From Candidatus Hydrogenedentota bacterium (lineage in GTDB: Bacteria > Hydrogenedentota > Hydrogenedentia > Hydrogenedentales > SLHB01), in NCBI GenBank assembly GCA_963668025.2, contig CAXXTH010000010.1, forward strand, positions 1,216,001 through 1,280,000: a DNA stretch of 64,000 nucleotides, in the 5' to 3' direction. Below are positions 43,752 through 53,412 of this stretch, piece after piece. Position 1 is the stretch's first letter; every line of letters starts with the position of its first letter. The position numbers and the translations under genes were made by a program. A model generated the notes under the pieces. It worked only from the letters and a program-made list of their open reading frames with translations, was not told the origin of the DNA and did no database searches.

Positions 43752-46190
43752 CTATAAATCTTTGCTTTCCGTGCGAATTCTTTGATCCATGTAGCTCAAC
43801 AGGCTTTCGCCACCGAATTCCTGATCGAACAGATATGCCGCTTCGCGCAGAATGCCGAAAATGGTGCCCATATACTTAATGGGCGCGTTGAATTTAAGGC
43901 TCCACAGTGTGGCATCTTGATTTCTGACCAACGGCAAGTAACGATCCCGGTAATCCACCACCTGCTCGAGCGCGGCTTTAAAATGCTGGCGAGCCTGTGC
44001 GACCTGTTCTTCCCGAGCGCCTTGCTCGGTTGTATTCCTGGCGGTATTTGCATACAAAAGCGCCAAGTGATATTCCTTAAAGAGCCGGACAAGCGACTGC
44101 GTGGCCTTGGCAAGTTCATGGAGAAGCTGTATTTCGGAATTCCCTGGCTCGCTGGCCAAAGCCTTGGCCAGCATCTGCTCGGACTGGTCGGCGATGGCGA
44201 TCGCATCCGCAACCGCAAAACGCTCCAGCCACGGCTCTTGGTCGCCCACGGTTACTTTTCGGAGTCCATCCGGCTGAGGGGCTTGCGGCAAGGAAAAAGA
44301 CAAGGTAATAAAGCTCATAAGGATGGACACTTCGTATTCCGACAAGCCGGCATTCTTGAGAGCGCCCATGTCGGTCGCCCACGGCGCGCAAAAAGTTCCC
44401 CAACGATAAAAATCGACACTCTCGATGGCGTCTGGTTTAGTATCCAAATAAAACGCCTCGGTGATTTTGTGCGTGTCCTTGATCGCCAAGAAAACGTCCT
44501 GGCCGGCCTCTTTCCCATACTTAGCCCGGCACCAGTTCTGCATGTACGCATTCCCGTCAAGCTCCGGATGCCAGCAGCCGACCTCGATGCCCGCACCTTG
44601 AATCATGACCCCGACCATTCCTTTTGGGGCGCACCTTTGCAGTGTGTTCAGATGCATGGGCAAAGACCAGCTCAAATGGCTGAGGATGCAAGAGATGGGC
44701 GAGACGATTCCCGGTCCATCCGACTCATAATGCTGGAAAAAGGAGATGAGCGGAACGCCCTTGTCTAGCAACATGCAATCCGGAGCGAGCCAAGACTGGC
44801 AATCCCCGCCTGGCGGAGAGCCCAGTGATAAGAGAAAGGCTTCCACATCCGGGCCCAACCGGTTTTTCAATGCTTGTGCTACGGCGACCGGGTCGTTGTG
44901 GAATTCAGGATGATGCGCCGAAATGTAATGCAGCAGTCCCGGGGGACACATCGTAAACCGGATCGAAGGCTTTACTTGGCGGGCGGTCTTAATCACCAAT
45001 GCCATATAGTCGGCGGCCCGGTCCAGAAAGGGGTAGGCTGCACACTTTTCGCAACCGCAGTTCAACTCGCCGCCCAAGTCGGAGAGCATTATGTTTATCA
45101 GTTCGATCTCGGGAAAAGTCTCGACAAATTCTCTGACGGCGCTTTCCACATAAAGGCGGGTGGCCGGATTCGAGGGGCAAAAGTTGACAAGAAATCCCCG
45201 AGGGTCGGGTTTTGCCGCCATCCCGGGATGCGCCGCGCTGAGCGCATCGTGATATGCCTGGAGGCTCCCCATTTGAGGCGCAATGGAAAAACTCAGGGGA
45301 TTCCATGTAATAGCAGGCATCGCACCATTTTTGATGGAGTTGGCGTATCTCGCATGAAGCCCTTGCTGGTTCGTGAGAATCTGCGCGCTTTGCGCCGCGC
45401 CGCCGAGTTCGGGGAAATCCTTATAGAAGAGAAGGGGATTGATCGAGCCCCCGCCCCAATCGCTTGCCATGGATATATTCAAGCGCCAGCGTCCGAGCGC
45501 ATCAGCAGGTTCGCCGATAAAGACGTGCGTCGGCCAGCCACGGTAACGGACGGACGGAATAAATGTCTGATCAATCCTGGGCATCCCGCGCGAACTGGTT
45601 CGCTCTTCTAGCTCATAGGCGCCGTAAAGCACGCCCCGGGCTACCGGCGAGACGATCAGGAGCAACTTCCGACGTTCTTGCGAGATCGGCTTGATAATGA
45701 AACCGTCCTCGTTGAGCAGCTCGACCGTGACTTGAAGGCCTGCCTCCTGGGCCAAGGCGTTGGCCAGGGCAAACTGGCCGGGCACTCCCAGAACAATCAC
45801 ACGCTTTCCCTTGAACGTCGCGGGCAACGCCGCCTGCGCGGAATCCACCTCCACCACTGTGGCATCGCCCAGCCCCAGTTTAGTCAGCGTGGAGCGCAAC
45901 GCCTCGGCTCCCGTCCGAATGGCATCGGAAGCATTATTGGCGATCACGATGGCATCGGCCTGGCGGCTCCAGATGGGCTGTGCCTTAAGCTCCTCGGAGC
46001 TAAATCGCAATACGAAGGGTGATTCGGGATAGCCCAGCGGCAATACTTGCTTGCAGCGCATCGGCTCGGAATAGTCATATGCATGTCCCACGGCGCATGA
46101 CAGCATAATAGGCAGCATAATTTTTGCGATTCCGCGAAAGCTCCAATGTGTTACGGGCATCGTGTTTGCTCCATGTTTTTTAGGATTCAT
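43752..46190 (-). CDS. Secreted hypothetical protein, probable glycoside hydrolase (GH20/GH67-like N-terminal domain)
   Basis: Signal peptide; EDGFIIK...RGVLYGAYELEE...PSVRYRG; FCPSNP; CGCEKC; sugar-locus context. Confidence 0.55.
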   Translation of the reverse strand: MNPKKHGANTMPVTHWSFRGIAKIMLPIMLSCAVGHAYDYSEPMRCKQVLPLGYPESPFVLRFSSEELKAQPIWSRQADAIVIANNASDAIRTGAEALRSTLTKLGLGDATVVEVDSAQAALPATFKGKRVIVLGVPGQFALANALAQEAGLQVTVELLNEDGFIIKPISQERRKLLLIVSPVARGVLYGAYELEERTSSRGMPRIDQTFIPSVRYRGWPTHVFIGEPADALGRWRLNISMASDWGGGSINPLLFYKDFPELGGAAQSAQILTNQQGLHARYANSIKNGAMPAITWNPLSFSIAPQMGSLQAYHDALSAAHPGMAAKPDPRGFLVNFCPSNPATRLYVESAVREFVETFPEIELINIMLSDLGGELNCGCEKCAAYPFLDRAADYMALVIKTARQVKPSIRFTMCPPGLLHYISAHHPEFHNDPVAVAQALKNRLGPDVEAFLLSLGSPPGGDCQSWLAPDCMLLDKGVPLISFFQHYESDGPGIVSPISCILSHLSWSLPMHLNTLQRCAPKGMVGVMIQGAGIEVGCWHPELDGNAYMQNWCRAKYGKEAGQDVFLAIKDTHKITEAFYLDTKPDAIESVDFYRWGTFCAPWATDMGALKNAGLSEYEVSILMSFITLSFSLPQAPQPDGLRKVTVGDQEPWLERFAVADAIAIADQSEQMLAKALASEPGNSEIQLLHELAKATQSLVRLFKEYHLALLYANTARNTTEQGAREEQVAQARQHFKAALEQVVDYRDRYLPLVRNQDATLWSLKFNAPIKYMGTIFGILREAAYLFDQEFGGESLLSYMDQRIRTESKDL

Positions 46191-46274
46191 CTCACGAATC
46201 TATTAGCGGGAAGAACCTTTTTTTGTGATGATTTTCAATCCATATTTATAAAACCGCGGCAATGCATTAAGCGC

Positions 46275-47366
46275 TCATCCCCATCCTCCGTAGGTCCAGG
46301 ACCAGTAACTGAAGACATGATAGAGCCGCGCATCTCCGCCCACGGGCGTGGGGCCATTGCCCGGCATGCAAGGCCATTCATTCGGGAATCGGCGGAATTC
46401 CACGTGGCCATCCATGTAAAGGGTGTTGCTTCCGCCTGGTATATGGTTGAAGGTCACTTGGTTATTGGTGATGGGAAACCCAGGGGCCGCAAAGCCGCTA
46501 GCCCAGCAATCGAACATTACGATCATTTCGCTCTGGGACTTCGCGGCCGCGGCGGGATTGTTGATGTCGGTGATCAAGAACCGTTCGGCGCCTTCCCGCA
46601 GCCGGGGGATCGTCGTGGGCAGCGGACCGCCGTCGTCGTCGGTCCATGCGGCTGTTCCCGTATTACCGCGCAAACTGGTTTTTGTGGCTTTGGTCTTCTT
46701 TTCACTGAGATCATTCTCGAATGTGGCCCAGTGTACGATTGGGAAATTACCCCAAGGATTGCTGGCAGATGCCGGATAGTAGTCCAGTAAGTCTCCATTT
46801 TCTTGGGCGCTAGGATCCACGGCATAGAGTTGCGTGATCATGGCATGAACCAGTCGCGATTTTGTCCCCGTCACCCAGGGTATATAATGGTATGAGATGT
46901 TTTGCGACAACACCATACCCAGCCACGGTTTGGCCAGGGGCTCGTTACTCGATGCAACTTCCTGAACGAACTCGGCCATGTTCTCACCTACTAAGTTGTC
47001 CATGGTAAATTTTGGGATCCACTCCGTAATATGCGAAGTGGAGGCGTCCCTCGAGTCGGACGGACAGACCATCAGATTCGGATCCGACCAGTAATCAGGG
47101 TAGATAGAATCGCCAGCCACTCCATGAAACACCGCATAAGACACCTGGTAATCTGAGGCGGGAGGAAACAAACCGCTCTTGTTCTCGCCCGCGTACATCT
47201 TATAGATAATACCCCATTGCTTGAGATTGCTGGCGCATGAAGCCCGGCGTGCGGCTTCCCGGGCCCGCGCAAGCGCTGGCAGCAAAATCGCCGCCAATAT
47301 GGCGATGATGGCGATCACCACCAGCAGCTCGATTAGGGTAAAGCCTGTTTTCTGTTGCATTTTCAT
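46275..47366 (-). CDS. Prepilin-type N-terminal cleavage / DUF1559 / H-X9-DG protein (copy B)
   Basis: [37 protein letters not shown]; CPSD; [16 protein letters not shown]. Confidence 0.93.
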   Translation of the reverse strand: MKMQQKTGFTLIELLVVIAIIAILAAILLPALARAREAARRASCASNLKQWGIIYKMYAGENKSGLFPPASDYQVSYAVFHGVAGDSIYPDYWSDPNLMVCPSDSRDASTSHITEWIPKFTMDNLVGENMAEFVQEVASSNEPLAKPWLGMVLSQNISYHYIPWVTGTKSRLVHAMITQLYAVDPSAQENGDLLDYYPASASNPWGNFPIVHWATFENDLSEKKTKATKTSLRGNTGTAAWTDDDGGPLPTTIPRLREGAERFLITDINNPAAAAKSQSEMIVMFDCWASGFAAPGFPITNNQVTFNHIPGGSNTLYMDGHVEFRRFPNEWPCMPGNGPTPVGGDARLYHVFSYWSWTYGGWG

Positions 47367-47643
47367 CGCCCTCTCGCCAGGGTTGGTTTGTCCCAAGAAT
47401 CTGTTTCGAGTAATGCTAACTAGCATACATAGGATTACGAATAATCCATGTGGGGAATCCTTTCAGTAATTGCTTTTTTATAACTACATGAACGCATCAC
47501 GGTATAAGAAGAACGCGCATTCGATAAGAAACGGGCGGATTGTACGTTCAAGGTTTTCTCTACGAGCAAACCGCACAGACAATACCCGCGAACAGATTCT
47601 TGTGAATCGTCCTATTTTAGAGCCGAGGCCATGCATTGAATGC

Positions 47644-48732
47644 TCATCCCCATCCGCCAAAGAGCCAGGTCCAAAAACCGAATGTTTGATACAGCCGCAT
47701 GTCGCCGTTCACGGGCGCTCCGCCATTGCCTGGCATGCAGGGCCAATCGTTCGGAAACCGGCGAAATGTAACGTGGCCATCCATGTAAAGGGTATCGCTG
47801 CCGCCAGGTATATGGTTGAAGGTCACTTGATTTGAATTCGTCGAAGGATACCATGGAGCGGTGCACCCGCCCGCCCAGCTATCGAACATCACGATCATTT
47901 CGCTCTGGGACTTAGCGGCGGCGGCGGGATTGTTGATGTCGGTGATGAAGAACCGCTCGGCGCCTTCCCGCAGCCGGGGGATCGTCGTAGGAAGCGGGCC
48001 GCCGTCATCATCGGTCCAATTGGATGTCCCAGTATTGCCAGAAAAACTTTTCTTTACGTACTTGGTCGCTTTTTCGCTAAGGTCTCTCTCAAAAGTAGCC
48101 CAGTGTACGACCGCGAAGTTGCCCCAAGGATTTGACTTTGAGGCCGGATAATAGTCCAACACATCATCCGATTCACGGGCCCCCTCTTCCACGGCATAGC
48201 ATTGTGTGACCATGGCATGCACCAGTCTCGATTTTGTCCCAGTCGCCCATGGGATATAATGGTACGAGATGTTCTGTGACAACACCACGCCCAGCCACGG
48301 TTTGGCCAGCGGATCGTTACTGGAGGCGATCTTTTTAACGAAATCGGCCATGGGATCGCCCACTAAGTTGTCTATGGAAAAATTCGTGATCAGGTTATAC
48401 ATGACCGAACTCGAACCGCTGCGCGAGTCCGACGGGCAGACCATGAGATTCGGATCGGACCAGTAGTCGGGATAGATGGAATCACCGGCCACCCCATGAA
48501 ACAGGCCAGAGTACACTTGGTAGTTTGACGCAGGAGGGTAAAGCCCGCTCTTGTTTTCCCCTGCATACATTTTGAAGATGATGCCCCATTGCTTGAGATT
48601 GCTGGCGCACGAAGCCCGCCGCGCGGCTTCACGGGCGCGCGCAAGCGCTGGCAATAAAATCGCTGCTAATATGGCGATAATGGCAATAACAACCAGCAGC
48701 TCAATGAGTGTAAAGCCTTTTTTCTTTTCCAT
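47644..48732 (-). CDS. Prepilin-type N-terminal cleavage / DUF1559 / H-X9-DG protein (copy A)
   Basis: Same motifs as copy B; GGAG RBS before [11 protein letters not shown]; colinear paralog of 46275-47366. Confidence 0.93.
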   Translation of the reverse strand: MEKKKGFTLIELLVVIAIIAILAAILLPALARAREAARRASCASNLKQWGIIFKMYAGENKSGLYPPASNYQVYSGLFHGVAGDSIYPDYWSDPNLMVCPSDSRSGSSSVMYNLITNFSIDNLVGDPMADFVKKIASSNDPLAKPWLGVVLSQNISYHYIPWATGTKSRLVHAMVTQCYAVEEGARESDDVLDYYPASKSNPWGNFAVVHWATFERDLSEKATKYVKKSFSGNTGTSNWTDDDGGPLPTTIPRLREGAERFFITDINNPAAAAKSQSEMIVMFDSWAGGCTAPWYPSTNSNQVTFNHIPGGSDTLYMDGHVTFRRFPNDWPCMPGNGGAPVNGDMRLYQTFGFWTWLFGGWG

Positions 48733-48844
48733 TTTTTGTCTCCGCATCATGATTACGATCACTGAATGATGAATTGAAATGTATTTCGTCTGATTACACA
48801 TGCATTCGATAACGTCCAAAATGAACTTCAAGTTTTGTTGACTG

Positions 48845-48883
48845 AGGGGCCGGGGATTATGGAGGGTTCAATTCCCGGCCCCA
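48845..48883 (-). terminator. GC-rich stem-loop between the secreted-protein gene and DUF1559 copy A
   Basis: GGGGCCGGGGATT...AATTCCCGGCCCC; weak U-tract. Confidence 0.45.
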
Positions 48884-48933
48884 TATCAGACACTAGGAAA
48901 AGCCTAGCGCCGAGTGATGAGCGAGCGCATTCA

Positions 48934-50517
48934 TTATTGCTGTTGCAACCGATGGCGAGCCGAGATGCTCAACGCGCCTGCCAGCGCCGCTAAGCCTAAG
49001 ATAGACAATGCAGGCAATGCGCCACCGCTGCCGGGGTAGGAGAGCGGATCGTTCGGGTCCGTACCGGCATCTACTTCGTCGCCATCGTTGTATGTGTCAC
49101 CGTCCGTATCGGCAACATTGGGATCCGTGCCCGTATCCGTCGGGCTCACATATACGCCGGTATCGGTCTCCACGGAGTCCAGCAAGCCATCGCCGTCCGT
49201 ATCTGTATCACCGCCTCCGGCGATGCCTTGGCTGCCAATGGAACCGCCCGCCTGTGAGGCCGTGGCAAAGGGGTCGTTTGTGTAATGGTAGTCGTTGTTG
49301 GCCGGGTCAATGTAAGCGGGTTCCTGGCCGGGATTCAGGTCATGAGCCCCACGCGTACAGCCCATATAAGCCAACGAATCATCGGTTCCGGCATAGACAT
49401 TGTTGTAGTCCGAATCGAGCGTCACGGCGCCTTCGGTTCCGTTGACCAATATTCCGTATCCCGATTCACTGTCGTTATTGGCCGTGATGATTGAGTTTTT
49501 AACGTGGATCTCGCGTGAGGTTCCCCCGTAGGTATCAGCATCATTGTTTTCCACAATGACGCCGCTTTGGCCGCTATACAGATCCGAATAATCGATATTG
49601 ACCGCGACGCCATTGGAGTTGTCGCCGATCATCACTGCGGCGCCGCCCACGCCAGCCGTATCAATGGTGCAATGATCAATGTTCAGTACGACATTCTCCG
49701 CGAGTATTCCCCAAAGGAAAAAGGCCGCGCTGCCATTGGTGCTCCCATTCTTGACCCAGCAATTATTGAAAGCAAAGGTGGATGGTGATGCACTCGTGTT
49801 GTACACATGGAGTGTTTTCGTAGGTTGTGCAAAGGTGCAATCATTGCAAATCACATTCATCTTGATGTCGCTGTTTGCATAAACGCCTCCGCAGTTGGAG
49901 CCGCCGTTGATGACCTGGCAATCGTTAAAGGTCATCTGAACCTCTTCACCCGAAGCATAGGAGTGGGTAAGGAAGACATTGTTGTAAGCCCCGTAGTCGA
50001 AAATGATGTTGTTGAAGACGGCTGGCGCCAGGACGTTGCTCGCATTGCCGGGAGACTGGGGATTGAGCACCTCAATCATCATGTGATTGTCACCAGGATT
50101 GATTACTCGGAGATTCTCATAGGTCACTTCCCCGCTGCTCACCCATGCCGTGCGCATGCTGAGGCCGTTGGAAAATCCGCCATAATCCATGATGATCTGG
50201 CCTCCGTCGTTGGAACCCAGACGGCTTGGGCCCTTCTCAAACAAGGGAGACCAAAGGTTGTCTTTGGTGAACTGCAACGTAGGATTCTCCCCGGGAGAAG
50301 CGATGATGGAGATGGCCTTGGAGATGATCCACAAAACATCCACGTACGTGGCGCTGTTTGTCATGCGAATCGTGTCGCCGTCGACGGAAGCGGCCAGCGC
50401 CGCCTGAAAGCTGGCCGTATCGGTTACGTCACGTACGGTCTGCGCTTGAACGTTGGTTTGGGTGAACATAACCGCTAAAACGAATAGCGCGCACGGAATA
50501 AAGTAAACATTCTTCAT
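48934..50517 (-). CDS. Secreted beta-helix-like protein with TSP3-like Ca-binding repeats and a C-terminal sorting/anchor segment
   Basis: Signal peptide; Asn-rich beta-helix-like repeats; DTDGDGLLD/DTDGDTYNDGDEVDAGTDPND; C-terminal LPALSILGLAALAGAL-S-ARHR. Confidence 0.7.
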   Translation of the reverse strand: MKNVYFIPCALFVLAVMFTQTNVQAQTVRDVTDTASFQAALAASVDGDTIRMTNSATYVDVLWIISKAISIIASPGENPTLQFTKDNLWSPLFEKGPSRLGSNDGGQIIMDYGGFSNGLSMRTAWVSSGEVTYENLRVINPGDNHMMIEVLNPQSPGNASNVLAPAVFNNIIFDYGAYNNVFLTHSYASGEEVQMTFNDCQVINGGSNCGGVYANSDIKMNVICNDCTFAQPTKTLHVYNTSASPSTFAFNNCWVKNGSTNGSAAFFLWGILAENVVLNIDHCTIDTAGVGGAAVMIGDNSNGVAVNIDYSDLYSGQSGVIVENNDADTYGGTSREIHVKNSIITANNDSESGYGILVNGTEGAVTLDSDYNNVYAGTDDSLAYMGCTRGAHDLNPGQEPAYIDPANNDYHYTNDPFATASQAGGSIGSQGIAGGGDTDTDGDGLLDSVETDTGVYVSPTDTGTDPNVADTDGDTYNDGDEVDAGTDPNDPLSYPGSGGALPALSILGLAALAGALSISARHRLQQQ

Positions 50518-50885
50518 GTGTCTCTATCCTTTCCATCTTTATTTGACAGTTAACCCCACAACCTCATCTTGAGTGATGCCCGATTCTTCCTTCTGAATTC
50601 CTTAATCTTGCGTGGCTCCGTGTTCTGGTCCTCCTCCCCGATATATGTTGTTTTTACGTTGTGAACATTGCCGTGAAACAAAACGGTCCAGCCCCCCTTA
50701 CAAAGCTTTTAAGACTGCCCTCGCAGATGGCTTTAATGCCCGCCAAGCGATCATATCAATCATGAGTGTAATCATAACGACTAATTTATATATTGTCAAT
50801 ACATAATTTGATTATTTCAATCATCCTCTGTGCATTCTGAATGAATCGTGCATAGTTGCTCTCTGTAAAACCTGAAACGCAGAAT

Positions 50886-50898
50886 GGGGGGGGGGGGG
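50886..50898. repeat. G13 homopolymer in a divergent regulatory region
   Basis: AGAAT-G13-ATGC. Confidence 0.85.
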
Positions 50899-51164
50899 AT
50901 GCAGGGAGAATCTCTTGGTATCCGGCACAGTGGTTTCCCACTGTATCGCCAACACAACCGAGAATAGTATCTAAGTCCTTTATTTACATTATTTATGCCT
51001 ATCAACGGAGTAAACAGGAAGGTCTAACCCAGCACTATTTTGTGGAAAAATTCATCTTGCCAGCATCCGAGCGGCCAAATGCTGGTACGGGAATCCTTCC
51101 CACTCGTAGCTGATTTATTTACGCTTTAGAAGTCACCTGATGAATCGCCTCATCTAGTCATATC

Positions 51165-51177
51165 GATTACTGTAATC
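51165..51177. promoter_or_regulatory. Candidate DeoR operator palindrome
   Basis: GATTAC-T-GTAATC; related GATTA/TAATC sites at 50809-50823, ~50767, ~48749 and 47432-47447. Confidence 0.4.
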
Positions 51178-51307
51178 ATACCTTCTCTTGATATTATCGA
51201 AACGGTCACGATATCATATGATATGATGTTTTTGTCGAGAAGGCCTCGATGTTTGTTTGCATCATTTGTTAAGTGAAAGAGTAGAAATCATCGATGGAGG
51301 CTACTGA

Positions 51308-52114
51308 ATGGTGATGACTAAACGTCATAAACAAATACTGGAAATCCTCAAATTCAGTGGGAATGCCGATGTGGAGACACTGGTTCAAATCCTTGGCGTA
51401 TCGGAACCAACGATTCGGCGTGATCTGACAACGCTGGAGAATAAAGGTTGTATAATCCGCACCTTCGGCGGAGCGCAACGTCTGCCGGAAAAATCGCTAG
51501 TAGCCAATTTTTTTGGAGATCGCTTGAGCCGGATGTGGGAAGAAAAGCTGTGGATTGCTCGAGCCGCCGCGAATATGGTTAAGCAAGGCATGATCGTGGC
51601 CCTCGATAATGGCTCCACGGTTCAATATGTGGCATCGGCTCTCCGCGAAAAGGGGCCCTTGACCGTTATTACAATGGGATTAGCGCCGATAGAAGAATTG
51701 GGCGCCAATAAAAATATCACCATCCATATGATTGGGGGGCGCTTTCATTTAAGCAACCTTGCATTTATAGGACCCACGACAATAGATGAATTCAAGAAAC
51801 ACAAAGCTGACATTGCTTTCATAGGCATGGATTCCTATATTCCTCAGCAAGGCGTTTTTACACCAGACCGCATGGGTTCTGAGATCGCTTTGGCATTGGC
51901 TGAATGCGCAAACCAGCGTGTTTGCGTGTGTGATCACACAAAATTCAACAACAATGCAAGATATCTGGCTCTCAACCCAGCCCATATCGATACGTTGATT
52001 ACAGACGCCGGAACGAGCAGCGAAATCCGGGCGCAACTCGACAAAGAACCTTTTGACGTCATTTACGCCTCGGATGAAAAAAAAGAGGAAAAGCTTTTGC
52101 AAATAGAAGCATAA
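51308..52114 (+). CDS. DeoR/GlpR family transcriptional regulator
   Basis: LGVSEPTIRRDLTTLE...RTFGGA, ALDNGST, DIAFIG, DHTKF, LITD. Confidence 0.93.
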   Translation: MVMTKRHKQILEILKFSGNADVETLVQILGVSEPTIRRDLTTLENKGCIIRTFGGAQRLPEKSLVANFFGDRLSRMWEEKLWIARAAANMVKQGMIVALDNGSTVQYVASALREKGPLTVITMGLAPIEELGANKNITIHMIGGRFHLSNLAFIGPTTIDEFKKHKADIAFIGMDSYIPQQGVFTPDRMGSEIALALAECANQRVCVCDHTKFNNNARYLALNPAHIDTLITDAGTSSEIRAQLDKEPFDVIYASDEKKEEKLLQIEA

Positions 52115-52302
52115 AAATTCTCTCGATGTTTCCGGACGCCACCTGCTCTCGATTGAATAATCATGGCAAAACCAACTCATGTATAATGGTTGGAACCAGA
52201 AGCAATGGAACGCACTGAATCTGGCGGTTTCCGCGCCTGTTAAACCATTGAAAAGAAGCTAGTTGTATCTTTTGAGGATCCAGCAAGACTACTCTCTTGG
52301 GA

Positions 52303-52520
52303 GATCCCCCGGCTTTACTGGGAAGTCAGTAGGAGGTTGATATTTATTCTAGTCTATTGCATAAACTCCGAATCGTGAGCCGCCAATGCACACGATCGAG
52401 AGTCTCATGATGGACGACTTTGTTGGACCACACTTCTGGGCGCGGGGCTATTTCATGTCAACGGTAGGTCGGGATGAGACGGTAATCCTGCCTAACCGCT
52501 TTGAGCGGCTCGCACTTAAT
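52303..52520 (+). mobile_element. Internally deleted IS200/IS605-family remnant (tnpA fragment)
   Basis: End motif CCCCCGGCTTTACTGGG; stem-loop over the RBS; ORF from 52407 MMDD-FVGPHFWARGYFMSTVGRDETVI (TnpA FW.RGY..STVG motif); AACCGCTTTGAGCGGCT palindrome. Confidence 0.75.
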
Positions 52521-52549
52521 ATCTGCGAGGCACAGCGGAGGGCAGGCGT

Positions 52550-53131
52550 GTGACAAAGTGGTCTGGATGTGCGGTTCGGAACTGGCGGCCTTGGGTGGCA
52601 ACGGCCGTTGTCCTGGTGATTACAGTCATCCTGCTGCGATTTCAGGGGCGGCTGTGGACATGCGCCTGTGGAGCGCTGGCGCCCTGGGCGAGGAATGTCT
52701 GGAGCGCACACAACTCGCAGCACCTTTTTGACCCGTACAGTTTAACGCATATCCTGCATGGCATCCTGCTCTGCGGGCTGCTGGTTTGGGTGGCTCCTCG
52801 GCTGTCGCCGGATTGGAGGCTGTTCTTCGCGCTGGCGCTCGAGTCTCTGTGGGAAGTGGCCGAGAACTCGGAGCGTGTCATCGAGCGATACCGGGAGGCC
52901 ACGCTTGCCTTGGGCTATGCAGGCGACAGTGTGCTCAACTCGATGGGCGACCTATTGTCGTGCGCGGCAGGATTCCTGATCGCACGGGGGCTTGGCCTGC
53001 GCTGGTCCATCGCTCTGCTCGTGGTTATCGAGGCGCTTCTTCTCTTCTGGATCAGAGACAACCTTACCCTCAATGTCGTGATGTTGATTCATCCGATTGA
53101 CGCCATCAAGAACTGGCAACTGGCGCATTAA
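52550..53131 (+). CDS. DUF2585 (UPF0314) family membrane protein
   Basis: NSQHLFDPYSLTHILHG, WEVAENS, IERYR...GYAGDSVLNSMGD, IRDNLTLNV. Confidence 0.85.
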   Translation: MTKWSGCAVRNWRPWVATAVVLVITVILLRFQGRLWTCACGALAPWARNVWSAHNSQHLFDPYSLTHILHGILLCGLLVWVAPRLSPDWRLFFALALESLWEVAENSERVIERYREATLALGYAGDSVLNSMGDLLSCAAGFLIARGLGLRWSIALLVVIEALLLFWIRDNLTLNVVMLIHPIDAIKNWQLAH

Positions 53132-53412
53132 CCGATTGAAAGCGAACGCTCTGCTCCCGTAAGGTAAAGAAACTCGATCTGCGCTCAACTCCTCTTGATG
53201 GAAGTTGTCGAGCATATCCTTCGGACCCAGTTTCGGTCGTGCGCGTGAATGTGCGGGCAGGGCAGTTCGTCGCTTGGGCGAGTAGAGCGAAGGCAAGATG
53301 TAGTTGCTAGTATACCAACAGATATGGCATCTAGTAATCATGGGAGATTCCCCGGCTATTTTGTGGGATACTTACTAGTTTGTTGTCGCTACCGCTAGAG
53401 AGGATTTTATCC

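Noticed and set aside
43782-44768. 328-aa plus-strand ORF
   Set aside because: Antisense to the 812-aa gene that fits the minus-strand operon; no motifs.
46275-48732. Diversity-generating retroelement (template/variable repeat pair)
   Set aside because: No reverse transcriptase in the window; both copies are full genes; differences include non-adenine changes (e.g. CCC vs GGA) across the whole length.
48845-48883. attR copy of the tRNA 3' end (GGTTCAATTCCCGGCCCC)
   Set aside because: It does not match the tRNA-Ile2 3' sequence beyond GGTTCAA and is explained as one arm of a local hairpin.
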